In this document: positions 39,524 to 49,825 of the stretch, piece after piece
Position numbering within the stretch: the first letter of the stretch is position 1
Layout of the letters: every line of letters begins with the position of its first letter
NCBI GenBank assembly: GCA_965202805.1
Contig: OZ241869.1
Span: forward strand, 1,888,001 to 1,952,000
Length of the DNA: 64,000 nt
Origin: Longimicrobiales bacterium
Lineage (GTDB): Bacteria; Gemmatimonadota; Gemmatimonadetes; Longimicrobiales; Gaopeijiaceae
Reading direction: 5' to 3'
Notes under the pieces: model-generated
Told to the model about the DNA's origin: nothing
What the model saw: only the letters and a program-made list of their open reading frames with translations
Databases searched by the model: none
Position numbers and translations under genes: made by a program

Positions 39524-40678
39524 ATGATTCCCCGGCCCCGTCACGAGGCGCGCCTACGCCGCCTCCTGACCCAGTTCCCCGTAGTCGGGCTCGTGGGTGC
39601 CCGGCAGGTGGGCAAGACGACTCTGGCCCGCAGCCTGGCCGCTCGCGAGCATGGCCGGATTACGTTCTTCGACCTCGAAAATCCGACCGACGAGGCACGT
39701 CTTGCGGACCCCAAGCTCGCGCTCGAGTCGCTGGACGGCCTTATCGTCATCGATGAGGTGCAGCACGCCGAAGGGCTGTTCCGGCTGCTTCGCGTCCTCG
39801 TGGACCGACCTTCCAACAGGGCCCGATTCCTGGTGCTGGGCAGTGCCGGCCCGGAGCTGCTGCGGCAATCCTCCGAGTCGCTCGCCGGCCGGATCGTCTA
39901 CCACGAACTGCCTCCCTTCCGAACGGATGAGACGGGCACCGAATTCATCGATCGGCTGTGGATCCGGGGTGGATTCCCGCTCTCGTTTCTTGCGGCTGAC
40001 GAAGCGGAGAGCGCAACGTGGCGGACCGCCTTCATCCGCACCTTTCTCGAGCGCGATCTGCCTCAGCTCGGCATCGCCGTGCCGGCCACCACGATACGGC
40101 GTTTCTGGACCATGGTGGCGCACTATCACGGCGGCCGCTGGAACGCTGCCGAAGTCGCGCGTTCCCTGGGGTTGAGCGCTCCAACGGTCAACTCCTATCT
40201 CGACGCGCTTGTCGATTCTCTGCTCGTGAGGAAGCTGACGCCCTGGTTCGAGAACCTGAAGAAGCGCCAGGTCAAGGCTCCGAAGGTCTACCTGACAGAT
40301 ACCGGCCTGCTGCACTCGCTGCTGAGGCTCAACACCGGGTCGGCACTCCTCGGCCACCCCGGGTCGGGCGCTTCCTGGGAAGGGTTCGCGATGCACGAGG
40401 TGGTGCGGATTCTGTCCGTCGACTGGGAGGATTGCTACTACTGGGCGACCCACCGCGGCGCCGAAATCGATCTGCTGGTCTTCGATGGCGGGCGCCGGAC
40501 CGGAGTGGAGTTCAAGCGAACCAGCACTCCGGGGATGACGCGGTCGATGCACTCGGCGCTGACGGATCTCAGGCTCGACCGGATCTTCGTGATCCATCCC
40601 GGCGGTGACCGCTTTCGGCTGCACGAGCGCGTGGAGGCGGTGGGGTTGGCGCGGGCTTGCGATGAAGGGCTTGAGTGA
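39524..40678 (+). CDS. AAA+ ATPase with DUF4143 (wHTH + PD-(D/E)xK-like C-terminus)
   Basis: GARQVGKT, IDEVQ, SESLAGR, KAPKVYLTDTGL, EIDLL...VEFK. Confidence 0.92.
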   Translation: MIPRPRHEARLRRLLTQFPVVGLVGARQVGKTTLARSLAAREHGRITFFDLENPTDEARLADPKLALESLDGLIVIDEVQHAEGLFRLLRVLVDRPSNRARFLVLGSAGPELLRQSSESLAGRIVYHELPPFRTDETGTEFIDRLWIRGGFPLSFLAADEAESATWRTAFIRTFLERDLPQLGIAVPATTIRRFWTMVAHYHGGRWNAAEVARSLGLSAPTVNSYLDALVDSLLVRKLTPWFENLKKRQVKAPKVYLTDTGLLHSLLRLNTGSALLGHPGSGASWEGFAMHEVVRILSVDWEDCYYWATHRGAEIDLLVFDGGRRTGVEFKRTSTPGMTRSMHSALTDLRLDRIFVIHPGGDRFRLHERVEAVGLARACDEGLE

Positions 40679-40695
40679 GGGCCGGTCGGACGTGA

Positions 40696-40773
40696 CGCCC
40701 GTTCCCAGAATTCTTCGTCCAGCTCGGGGATGTCGCTGAAGTCGATGTCCTCGTCCTTCCTCAGGTCGTCCTC
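40696..40773 (-). pseudogene. BrnA-like antitoxin N-terminal fragment
   Basis: reads EDDLRKDEDIDFSDIPELDEEFWERA, then loses similarity; no RHH tail, no toxin. Confidence 0.55.
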
Positions 40774-40936
40774 TACTGCACAAGCCTTCGGGCGCAGCAA
40801 GACGCTGAGGTAAGGGCTCCGAGGCAACCGACCTCGGGGCTCTTGTGTTAAATGGCCCGCCCAAGGTGCTCTCCCGCGCGCTACACCGGTGTCTTGTCCC
40901 CGAAACGGCCCCGGTAGCATCCCCGTACGTTCCCCC

Positions 40937-41854
40937 ATGCAAGCTGGAAGATCGCCTGGCCCCGCACTCGCCAGTCTCTCGCGCGTGACGCACCGGTACG
41001 GGCCGGTGGTCGCGCTGGACGGGCTCGATCTGGAGGTCCGCCGGGGCGAGGTGCTGGGGGTGCTGGGGCCCAACGGCGCCGGCAAGACCACCGCCATCAG
41101 CCTCCTCCTCGGGAGCCTGGGGGTGCAGGAGGGAGCGGCGAGCGTGTTCGGCCTGGCACCCGGAGCGGCCGAAGTGCGGGTTCGGCGGGGCGCGATGCTC
41201 CAGATCTCGGGCATCTCCACGAATCTGACCGTGCGCGAGCATATTGAGCTCTTCCGCGCGTACTATCCGGCGCCGCTTCCGGCTGCACGCCTGCTTTCCA
41301 TGGCGGGCCTCGAGGATCTCGCCCGGCGCCGGTACGGAAAGCTCTCCGGAGGTCAGAAGCAGCGGGTGATGTTCGCGCTGGCGCTGGCCGGCGATCCCGA
41401 ACTCCTGTTCCTGGACGAGCCCACCACGGGGCTCGACGTCGATGCGCGGCACCGGCTGTGGAGCGAGATCCGGGGCCTCAGGGAGTCCGGGCGCACCGCG
41501 GTCCTCACGACGCACAACCTGGACGAGGCGGACGCGCTGGCCGACCGCGTGGTGGTCATCCACAACGGGCGGCGCATCGCGGAGGGCACCCCGGCGGAGA
41601 TCAAGTCGCGCACGGCGGGGCGTCTCGTGCGCTGCGTCACCCGGATCCGGCCCGACGAGGTCGCGAACCTGCCCGGCGTGATCGAGGCCCGGACCCGCGG
41701 ACGGCATCTGGAGGCCCTGACGACGCAGCCCGAGGATCTGGTCCGGGAGCTGCTCGCGCGCGACGAGGAGCTGGCGGATCTAACGGTCGTGGCCGCCGGG
41801 CTCGAAGATGCGTTTCTCGCGCTGACGCGGGATGGGAAGGAGGGCGCGCGATGA
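40937..41854 (+). CDS. ABC transporter ATP-binding protein
   Basis: GPNGAGKT, LSGGQ, LFLDEPTTGLD, TTH. Confidence 0.93.
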   Translation: MQAGRSPGPALASLSRVTHRYGPVVALDGLDLEVRRGEVLGVLGPNGAGKTTAISLLLGSLGVQEGAASVFGLAPGAAEVRVRRGAMLQISGISTNLTVREHIELFRAYYPAPLPAARLLSMAGLEDLARRRYGKLSGGQKQRVMFALALAGDPELLFLDEPTTGLDVDARHRLWSEIRGLRESGRTAVLTTHNLDEADALADRVVVIHNGRRIAEGTPAEIKSRTAGRLVRCVTRIRPDEVANLPGVIEARTRGRHLEALTTQPEDLVRELLARDEELADLTVVAAGLEDAFLALTRDGKEGAR

Positions 41855-41906
41855 GCGGGGGGTCGGCAACGCGGCAGACGCGGCAGCCCCTGGCGCGGGC
41901 GCGTTG

Positions 41907-42707
41907 ATGCAAGTTCGCGACGCCCGTCGCCTCGGCCCCGGCCGGCGCTTCCGGATCTACCTGCTGGAGGCGCGCTTCCAGGTCGTGGAGACGCTGCGGG
42001 AGCCCATGTTCGCCATCCCCACGCTGACGTTCCCGCTCATCTTCTACCTGTTCTTCGGCGTGATCATGGGCGCGCGCGGGGTGTCGCTGGCCGTGCCGAC
42101 CTACGTGCTGGCGACCTACGGCGTCTTCGGCGTCCTGGGCCCGGCGCTCTTCGGCTTCGGAGCCGGGCTCGCGAACGAACGCGACACCGGCGTCCTGCTC
42201 CTGAAGCAGACCACGCCCATGCCGGCCGGCGCCTACCTGTTCGCCAAGGTCATGGCGGCGCTGATCTTCGGCGCGGTCGTCGTGGCGGCCCTGTTCCTGA
42301 TGGCCGCGCACGCGGCGGGGGTGGCCCTCTACCGATGGCAGTGGTTCGCGCTCGCCGGGGTCCTGCTCGCCGGCGTGATCCCGTTCTGCGCCCTGGGCCT
42401 GGCAATCGGCGCGTGGGCCAGGGGACGCTCGGCCGTCGCCGTGGTCAACCTCGTCTTCCTGCCCATGGCCATGCTCTCCGGGCTCTGGCTCCCCATCTAC
42501 ATGTTCCCGGACGTCATGCAGGACATCGCGCTCGCGCTTCCCGCCTATCACCACGCGCAGCTCGCGCTCGGGGTCATCGCGATGGACGCCGGGCAGCCGG
42601 TCCGGATGCACCTCGCGGTTCTGGCGGCCGAAACGCTCGTCTTCCTCGCGGTGGCGGCGCTCGGGTTCCGCCGCGCGGACAGTTTCTCGATGAGGAGATC
42701 CCGATGA
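41907..42707 (+). CDS. ABC-2 type permease (start may be 41851 across a G6 slip)
   Basis: 6 TM segments; ERDTGVLLLKQTTPM; LSGLWLPI. Confidence 0.88.
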   Translation: MQVRDARRLGPGRRFRIYLLEARFQVVETLREPMFAIPTLTFPLIFYLFFGVIMGARGVSLAVPTYVLATYGVFGVLGPALFGFGAGLANERDTGVLLLKQTTPMPAGAYLFAKVMAALIFGAVVVAALFLMAAHAAGVALYRWQWFALAGVLLAGVIPFCALGLAIGAWARGRSAVAVVNLVFLPMAMLSGLWLPIYMFPDVMQDIALALPAYHHAQLALGVIAMDAGQPVRMHLAVLAAETLVFLAVAALGFRRADSFSMRRSR

Positions 42708-44524
42708 GGAGTGCACGTCATCTCGTTGGCCGCAGCCTGACCTGGCTCGTGATCGGCGTCGCGGTCTTCACCGGCGTGCTCGCGACGCTGCCGGTGCCGC
42801 AGGCCGCAGAGGGCCCGGCCCGGGGCGTTCCCGAGGAAACGTTCGCGATCGTGGATGTCACAGCCTTCGACGGGGAGGCCTTCCGGCAGGGATGGGACGT
42901 GTGGGTCGAGGACGGGAGGATCCGGCACGCCGGCCAGAGGCTCGACCTGCCCGACGACCTCCCGCGCCTGGACGGGCGGGGCCACACGCTGATCCCGGGG
43001 CTGATCGACGGCCACGTGCACAGCTTTCCGTCCACGCTGGGGGACGCGCTGCGCTTCGGGGTGACCGCGGTGATGGACCAGTCCACGGACCCGGCCTTCG
43101 CCGCGGCGATGCGGCCCGCGCGCGAGGAGGTGGGGCGCGGCGCCGGGGCGGACCTCTTCTCCGCCGGCATGACCGCGACCGCCCCGGAAGGGCACGGCAC
43201 GCAGTACGGGATCCCCGTGGAGACGCTGACCGGCCCGGACGAGGCCGCGCAGTGGGTGAGGGCGCGCAAGGCCGAGGGCTCCGACTGGATCAAGATCATC
43301 TACGAGGACGGCAGCGCCTTCGACATGGAGATCGCGTCGCTCGACGGAGAGACGGTCGCCGCGGTCGTCGAGGCCGCGCACGCGGAGGGACTCGCCGCCG
43401 TGGTGCACGTGAGCACCCTCGAAACGGCTCTCGAAGCGATGGCCTTCGGCGCCGACGGCCTGGTGCACGTTTGGCGCGACGAGGTCGTCTCCGAGGCGGA
43501 TGCCCGGCGCTTTGCGGAGGCCGACATCTTCGTGGTCCCGACGCTCTCGGTGATGGTTCCGGCCGATGACTCCGACGTGGCGGAACTGGTGCGCGAGACC
43601 GACGAGGCGATGCTCTCGGCGATTCAGCGGCAGACGCTCACCGCTCGCTTCCCGGGCGGCCTCGCGGAGGGCGGAGACGTGGCGATGGAGAACGTCCGCA
43701 GGCTGCGCGCGGCCGGAGTGCGGCTGGTCGCGGGCACGGACAGCCCGAACCCGGGAACCGGGACGGGAATCTCCATGCACGGGGAGCTGCGCCTGCTCGC
43801 GCGCGCCGGCATGGGAAGCGCGGAGGCGCTGGCGGCGGCGACTTCGGTGGCGGCGGACGCGTTCGGCGTCGCGGAGCGCGGCCGGATCGCCGAAGGCCAT
43901 CTCGCCGACCTGGTGCTGGTGCGCGGCGACCTCGAGGAAGACGTGTCGCGCAGCCACGACATCGTCGCGATCTGGAAGGATGGGTACCTGGTGGATCGTG
44001 CTGTTGGCTCCGAGGGCGCCGGGCCTCAGGCCGAGATCGCGGCCGCTCCCGCGGAAACCCTGGTCGCGGACTTCGAGGACGGGTTCGAGGCGAGCTTCGG
44101 CGAGTGGGACGTGACGACGGACCAGATGACGGGCGGTGCGTCCAGCGCCAGCGTGGCCGTGCGGGACGGCGCGCTGGTGGTCACCGGCGAGATCGCCCCG
44201 GGAGTCGCCTTCCCCTGGGCCGGCGTGATCTGGATGCCCGGCGCGCAGCCCATGCAGCCCGTGGACTTCTCCGGCCGGGAGGCGATCCGCTTCCGGACGC
44301 GGGGAGATGGGCGGCAGTACTCGGTGATGCTGATCAGCAGCGCGCAGCCGGCCGGGCCGCCGCCTACCGTGACGTTCGTCGCCGGCGACCAGTGGGCCGA
44401 AGTGGAGATTCGGCTGGAGGACTTCCTGACGGCCACGCCGGAAGTCATTGCGGGGCTGGCGTTTGTGGCGGAGGGGCCGGCTGGGGTGTTCGCGTTCGAG
44501 GTGGATGAGGTGGAGGTTAGGTGA
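42704..44524 (+). CDS. amidohydrolase family protein with C-terminal CIA30-like domain
   Basis: ATGA coupling; LIPGLIDGHVH, AGTDSP, GRIAEGHLADLVLV; TDQMTGGASS...IRFRTRGDG tail. Confidence 0.85.
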   Translation: MRSARHLVGRSLTWLVIGVAVFTGVLATLPVPQAAEGPARGVPEETFAIVDVTAFDGEAFRQGWDVWVEDGRIRHAGQRLDLPDDLPRLDGRGHTLIPGLIDGHVHSFPSTLGDALRFGVTAVMDQSTDPAFAAAMRPAREEVGRGAGADLFSAGMTATAPEGHGTQYGIPVETLTGPDEAAQWVRARKAEGSDWIKIIYEDGSAFDMEIASLDGETVAAVVEAAHAEGLAAVVHVSTLETALEAMAFGADGLVHVWRDEVVSEADARRFAEADIFVVPTLSVMVPADDSDVAELVRETDEAMLSAIQRQTLTARFPGGLAEGGDVAMENVRRLRAAGVRLVAGTDSPNPGTGTGISMHGELRLLARAGMGSAEALAAATSVAADAFGVAERGRIAEGHLADLVLVRGDLEEDVSRSHDIVAIWKDGYLVDRAVGSEGAGPQAEIAAAPAETLVADFEDGFEASFGEWDVTTDQMTGGASSASVAVRDGALVVTGEIAPGVAFPWAGVIWMPGAQPMQPVDFSGREAIRFRTRGDGRQYSVMLISSAQPAGPPPTVTFVAGDQWAEVEIRLEDFLTATPEVIAGLAFVAEGPAGVFAFEVDEVEVR

Positions 44525-44644
44525 TATCGGCGCCGGGGTTCCGGCCCGGCTCGGGGCCCGGGCAACCGGCGGGCCGGCCGGAGCCATCAAATGCATTGGC
44601 TGGTCGAAGACATCGATCACTCAAACATGAGGACACGACCAACC

Positions 44645-45724
44645 ATGACCGACCCGGGATCCCGTGGCCACGCCGGGGCCAGGCAATTGTCACTGCTGGT
44701 TGCCGCGGTGTTCTCGTTCAGCTGCGACCAGGAGCCGCGGACCGCGACCGACATACAATGCGGCCCCCATCCGGAGGACATCGCCATACGGGACTTCGCG
44801 AGAGCGTTCACCCCACTTGAGCCTCTGGTGTACGGCGCTACCGGCCCCGCCGCCGTGCTATCCATCAGGACGCTGAGCGTGTCGCCGTCCGGCCAACTCC
44901 TTCTGACAGACAGCCGCAGCCTGAACCTGAAGGTTGCCGACGGCGAAGGGCGGATCGTCCAGGTGATCGGGGGTGAGGGCGAGGGTCCCGGCGAATTCAC
45001 GGCTCTCATGGGCGCCGTCTTCCTGTCGGACGACCGGATCCTGACCCTCGATGCCGGCAGAGTGCTCGCGACGCTTTTCGACGCGACGGGCGAGGTCCTG
45101 GGCACCTTCCCGCTTCAGGACCAGTTGGACCCGAGAACCGTGGTGGCCATCGATGCGTCCACCTTCCTCATCGGAGGCATGGTCAGCACGCCCGGGGAAG
45201 GGAATGACATGGCCAGGATCTATTCCCTCGACGGAACCAGCTCGGAATCGTTCCTTCCCGCCGACCAGCTCCTCTTCGATACCCGGATGATCGTCGATGG
45301 TGTTTGGGCGGTCGCCCTGCCGGGCGGCTCGCTGGCCCTAGGGCTCGATGTTACACCGGCGGTTCATCTGTTCTCCGAGACCGGCACGCACATCTGCACG
45401 CAGGCGTCGGAGCCGCCTCAGTGGTCGCAGTTGCTGCCGCGCGACGAGCCGGTGGCCATGGATCAGGCGACACGCGAATGGATCCAGCAAGCGACCACGA
45501 CCATCGGCGCCGCGTATGTCGGCGGCAGCCTGTACAGACAGTACCGGAGTTCTGGAGACAACGGCGTGTCGTTGCTTGCCGAGTATGATGCCGATCTGAA
45601 TCTGCGAAACGTCTACACTGCGGTTCCGGGCCGGTTGGTCGGGGGCGATGACGAAACGCTGTTCTTTCTTGGCGGTGAGTCCGTTGATGAGACACGAGTT
45701 GGGAGATTTCGAGCGTCGCAGTGA
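44645..45724 (+). CDS. 6-bladed beta-propeller protein, probable lipoprotein
   Basis: hydrophobic stretch ending FSFSC; IGGEGEGPGEF motif; start uncertain. Confidence 0.7.
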   Translation: MTDPGSRGHAGARQLSLLVAAVFSFSCDQEPRTATDIQCGPHPEDIAIRDFARAFTPLEPLVYGATGPAAVLSIRTLSVSPSGQLLLTDSRSLNLKVADGEGRIVQVIGGEGEGPGEFTALMGAVFLSDDRILTLDAGRVLATLFDATGEVLGTFPLQDQLDPRTVVAIDASTFLIGGMVSTPGEGNDMARIYSLDGTSSESFLPADQLLFDTRMIVDGVWAVALPGGSLALGLDVTPAVHLFSETGTHICTQASEPPQWSQLLPRDEPVAMDQATREWIQQATTTIGAAYVGGSLYRQYRSSGDNGVSLLAEYDADLNLRNVYTAVPGRLVGGDDETLFFLGGESVDETRVGRFRASQ

Positions 45725-45776
45725 CAATAGGTCATCCGTGGAGGTGAGTTGAGGCGAAGGACCCCGGCGCGGTCCT

Positions 45777-48059
45777 CTAGAAGAACGCGCCGTCCAGCAA
45801 GTGCAGCCTGAGAACGGCTTCGGGGCCACCCTGCCTGCCGCGACGCAGCCCTCTGGCCGCATCCAGCCGAATGAGGCCGTCCATGAAGACGAGTCCGGCG
45901 CCCAGCGCGTAGAAGTCCTCGCCTCCGGTTGAGGCCCAGTCGGTGAACAGGGAGAGGCGGAGGAAGCGGATCGGCCGCTGCAGATCCAGCCTGGCCATCC
46001 GGATTCGAGACGCCCGCACCGCTTCCGCGTGACCTCGCAGCCAGTTTCCGCTGCCACCGATCCGCCACAGATCCTGGAGCGCCGGGTCTCCCCACACGCG
46101 CGCGGCCGCGGCCTGCATTCCCAGGGACATGCGGGAGGGGAGCGGGATCAGCAGCGCCCCCTCGACGACCGCCCTTACATGCGGGTTGTCACCGGCGCTG
46201 GCCCGGACGCTGGCGCGGCCGCCCCCGCCGAACGATCCGCTTGCGAGGCCGCCCCACCAGGGCCTCCATGCTACACCGGCACCGACCCGGTTGCGCCTGT
46301 CGTCGGTCCCGATGTCGGCGTCCTGTTCGGCAAAGACACGGAGGGACAGCCAGTTCCGCTCGCTCGCGGGCGGCAGGATCCGGATCGCGGCGCCGTGCGA
46401 CCAATGGAAGTCCGCGGGGTCTCCGGTCACGTAGAGACCGGGTGTGCCGGTGCCTCCCTGCCCCGGGTCGGAGTCCCGCAGCGCGCGGTAGAACGAGACG
46501 AACATCCTGTGGCCGGGACGGTCGTGCAGCAGCGTAAGGTCGATGTCCGGCAGCTCCAGGCGCGCGGTGCCGACCCTCGCCGTCAACGCCGCCCGTCCCC
46601 AGCCGAAGTCGCGCTGCAGACGGGTTCCCACGGACAGATGTTCCACGGGATTGTAGCGCAGGAGCCTCAGTGTCGTGCCCGGAGAGTCGAAGATCCAGGG
46701 ACTCGGTGCTTCCGCCGGGTCACCTCCCTCTCCGGTGCCGATGGCGGCGAGTTCCGACGCGATCTGCTCGAGGGTGGCGTCGTCGACTCCACGATCATCC
46801 TCCCAATAGGTCGGGGGCAGCAGGTCGCTCGATGCCAGGGCCTGCCGGTCCGCGGGCGTGATCGTGACCGTCCCGCCGGGATCCGTTTCCTCCAGCACCC
46901 CGCTGATGCTGTCCCCCTCCTGGCGCCAGAGCCGCACCGCTTCCGCAGCCGTTGCCGGGATGCCGGGGGCGGCTTCCGCACCGCGTTCACGGACATTCTC
47001 GATTTCCACGGTCCAGTCGATCGTCCCGGGAATGGGCGGGGGCAGGTACCCGGTGGCGGTGACGCCCTCATCCGCGGTCATGTAGCCCCTCCATGTCACG
47101 CTGAGGGGCAACCAGTGCCGCAGCTCCCACAGCCCGTAGTCGGCGACCACCGTCGAGATGTCCCACTGGAAGCGGGGCAGCGCGCTGTTGAACGCTCCAT
47201 TGACCAGCCGGTCGACGAAGCCCGGACGAGCGTCGGCCGAATCCGATTCGAGCGCGCTGTCAGAGGGATCGGCCGGGCCGGTGTCCAGACGCATTCCCGG
47301 CCGCCAGCGTCCGCCCCTCCGGAGCTGCCAGGACACTTCCCGGTCGATCCGCTTGGCCAGCCGGTAGGCGACGCGGGCCAGCCTGGACGACTCCGGGTCG
47401 ATCCACATGATCGCGGAGACGAGACGGATGCTTCGGTAGCGCGGAATCACGGTGACGGAGACCACTCTCAGCGTGCGATCATCGCTGAGCCGCACTGAAA
47501 GCGTGTCTCCGGAACGAAACTGGTAGTGGCGCTCGGAGCCCGGCTCCAGCGGACTTCGCGTGATGGGATCCGCCTCCTGAGGCTGCCCGAGGGCCGCGAA
47601 GGCGTAGTGGAAGGGATCACCCAGCGGATCGGCCGCAAAGCGCTCCACCCGCGGCCCGGGGAAGTACTCCGCACGGTCCGGGCCAAGGGTCGGATCCCGG
47701 AACCCCGCCCCGAGGACGTGTACGACGGTGGGTTCCTCACGAGACCACCTGAAACGGGCAGTGCGCCCGCCATCCAGCCACGGCCGGTTCCGTCGGTCAC
47801 CAGGCAGCTCGAGGGCCATCCGCTCCTGGATCACGGCCGTATACGCGTCGATGCCCAGGCGAGCTGTGTCGCGGGTGGCTTTCAACCCAAGTACAAGTCG
47901 ACGGGCCGTGTCGTCGAGGTATGCGTCCCCGGCAAGTGCGAGGGGAAGGGAGTCGCGAGAGACGGCTTCAGGCGTCTGTGCGGCGACCGTGCCGTGCATG
48001 GCGGCGGCCACGAACAGGGCGTGGATCGGCCGCAACGTCCGCCCGGTGGAGTCGGTCAT
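45777..48059 (-). CDS. exported hypothetical protein with probable C-terminal beta-barrel
   Basis: signal peptide; RYNPVEHLSVG, LRGH, IRLDAARGL, C-terminal FF. Confidence 0.7.
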   Translation of the reverse strand: MTDSTGRTLRPIHALFVAAAMHGTVAAQTPEAVSRDSLPLALAGDAYLDDTARRLVLGLKATRDTARLGIDAYTAVIQERMALELPGDRRNRPWLDGGRTARFRWSREEPTVVHVLGAGFRDPTLGPDRAEYFPGPRVERFAADPLGDPFHYAFAALGQPQEADPITRSPLEPGSERHYQFRSGDTLSVRLSDDRTLRVVSVTVIPRYRSIRLVSAIMWIDPESSRLARVAYRLAKRIDREVSWQLRRGGRWRPGMRLDTGPADPSDSALESDSADARPGFVDRLVNGAFNSALPRFQWDISTVVADYGLWELRHWLPLSVTWRGYMTADEGVTATGYLPPPIPGTIDWTVEIENVRERGAEAAPGIPATAAEAVRLWRQEGDSISGVLEETDPGGTVTITPADRQALASSDLLPPTYWEDDRGVDDATLEQIASELAAIGTGEGGDPAEAPSPWIFDSPGTTLRLLRYNPVEHLSVGTRLQRDFGWGRAALTARVGTARLELPDIDLTLLHDRPGHRMFVSFYRALRDSDPGQGGTGTPGLYVTGDPADFHWSHGAAIRILPPASERNWLSLRVFAEQDADIGTDDRRNRVGAGVAWRPWWGGLASGSFGGGGRASVRASAGDNPHVRAVVEGALLIPLPSRMSLGMQAAAARVWGDPALQDLWRIGGSGNWLRGHAEAVRASRIRMARLDLQRPIRFLRLSLFTDWASTGGEDFYALGAGLVFMDGLIRLDAARGLRRGRQGGPEAVLRLHLLDGAFF

Positions 48060-48138
48060 GGATACACCATTCAGTAGAACCTACACTTCAGTTTCAGAAT
48101 CTCGTCCGGGTATCGGGTAATCAAGGAGGCGATGGACC

Positions 48139-49041
48139 GTGACCGAGGAAAACGGAGCGTCGGCCGCGCGCGACACGGCCGCCTACTGGGACACGCTGGC
48201 GCCGCATCACTGGCGCCTCGAAGACAACTACCTGAACGTGCCGAGCGTGCGTCTGATCCTGGGCGACATTCGCCCACCCGTCATGGTCGTCGGTTCCGGG
48301 CAGGGGCTGATCGTCGAGGAGCTTCGGCGTCAGGGGCTGCGATGCGACGGCATTGATCTGAGCGCCGAGATGATGGAATACGCCAGGTTGCGCAGAGGCC
48401 TGACGCTGGTTCGCGCGAATGCGACCGCGATACCGTTCGCTGACGGGACCTATGAGACGGTCATCGTTGCAACCGGCGTCATCGACTTCATGGCCGATGT
48501 GCAGCAGATCGAGACGGTCCTGCGCGAAGCGAACCGGATCGTTTCGGGGACGGGCAACGTCTTCGTCGCGTTCTACAGATACAGTGCGGCGCAGCAGCGC
48601 TTCCTGACCTCGCTTGGACTCCTTCGGGATGGCACGTTGCACATCCGGTCGGCAATGGTGCTGAGTCGCCTCGGCTTCGGTGCGCTGGTGGCGTGGGTGG
48701 CGAAGACGGCCGGGATCAGCACGTTCCAGGCCACCCTGTTGTGCATCAGCACGGCCCTCGGATCGACGCAACGGGAGCGCGCAGTAGGTCTCGCGATTCG
48801 GCGGGTGCTCGCTCAGACCGGGGATCCCGACGCCCTCGTCGAAGCAACGCCGGAGACGCAGCCGTACCGCGACAAGGCGGCGGTCGGACGCCTGTTCGAC
48901 AGCCTGTCGATGAGAATCGAGGACTGGCAGTCATCGAGCAGCTGCCATCTGGCGCGGGTGTCGCGGGAGGGAGGGTCACCACCACCGGTTACGGGGAATC
49001 GGCCGGCAGGATGCGATACTGGAAGGACACGCCCAGGCTGA
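48139..49041 (+). CDS. class I SAM-dependent methyltransferase
   Basis: GGAGG RBS, GTG start; VVGSGQG, GIDLSAEMM, ANATAIPFADGTYE. Confidence 0.8.
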   Translation: MTEENGASAARDTAAYWDTLAPHHWRLEDNYLNVPSVRLILGDIRPPVMVVGSGQGLIVEELRRQGLRCDGIDLSAEMMEYARLRRGLTLVRANATAIPFADGTYETVIVATGVIDFMADVQQIETVLREANRIVSGTGNVFVAFYRYSAAQQRFLTSLGLLRDGTLHIRSAMVLSRLGFGALVAWVAKTAGISTFQATLLCISTALGSTQRERAVGLAIRRVLAQTGDPDALVEATPETQPYRDKAAVGRLFDSLSMRIEDWQSSSSCHLARVSREGGSPPPVTGNRPAGCDTGRTRPG

Positions 49042-49158
49042 TACGCGCGGCCGGATCGGCTGATGATCACGCCGGGTCTTGCGGTCGTGCTGCACGTTCC
49101 AGCGAATCATCTGGGCCAGGAATCCCATGGACGCCCAAGCGGGGGTCAGCGGTGGGGA

Positions 49159-49773
49159 CTACAGAATCGAGTCGATCACATCGCGTAGGCTCTCGTATCC
49201 GACTGCACCCCGTCCCGTAGTCCGCTGCACCATCGTCTGTAGCGGCCCCAGGCTGATCGTCTTCTGCTGCGGAACCTCACGGTTCAGAACGGCTGTCGGA
49301 AGCACGTAGAACTGCCATTGGGAAACGTCGAGGGGATCGGGGTTCAGGTCGGTCTTTCGGCCGAGAACGCAGAAGACATAGATCTTCGCTGGGCGACGCG
49401 GCGGATCGAGTCTCCTGTATTCGTTGGTCTCCGGATTCCACAACCGGCGGACTGGAGCGATTCGGAACTGGATAGTCGACGGACGATCCTGCGCCCAGCT
49501 TTGCCGGTAGGCCGCGCTCTTGACCTCGATCTCGTCGCCGTTCTGATTCACGACATCGCAGGAAGCCCACTCGTCGCGGGGTCGTACCACGGCCCTGAGC
49601 GCCGCAGCGACCAAGTACTCGGCCAATACTCCCCTCTGCGTGTTGCTCAGCAGATCCGATGCGGACCACCGCCAGTAGTCAAGCACCGTTGGTCCGATCG
49701 GTTGCCCCTCCGCATGGAATGGCTCGGTTCCAGCCTTCAAGGAGGGACGGGATCTTGGTGAATTGGCAGTCAT
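49159..49773 (-). CDS. PD-(D/E)xK restriction-endonuclease-like protein
   Basis: SDLLSNTQRGVLAEYLVA ... DVV ... IEVKSAAY. Confidence 0.7.
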   Translation of the reverse strand: MTANSPRSRPSLKAGTEPFHAEGQPIGPTVLDYWRWSASDLLSNTQRGVLAEYLVAAALRAVVRPRDEWASCDVVNQNGDEIEVKSAAYRQSWAQDRPSTIQFRIAPVRRLWNPETNEYRRLDPPRRPAKIYVFCVLGRKTDLNPDPLDVSQWQFYVLPTAVLNREVPQQKTISLGPLQTMVQRTTGRGAVGYESLRDVIDSIL

Positions 49774-49825
49774 TGTCCCTGATCCTGGCGTTGAGTGTCG
49801 AGAGTGCGTGTCGCCCGCCCTGATC

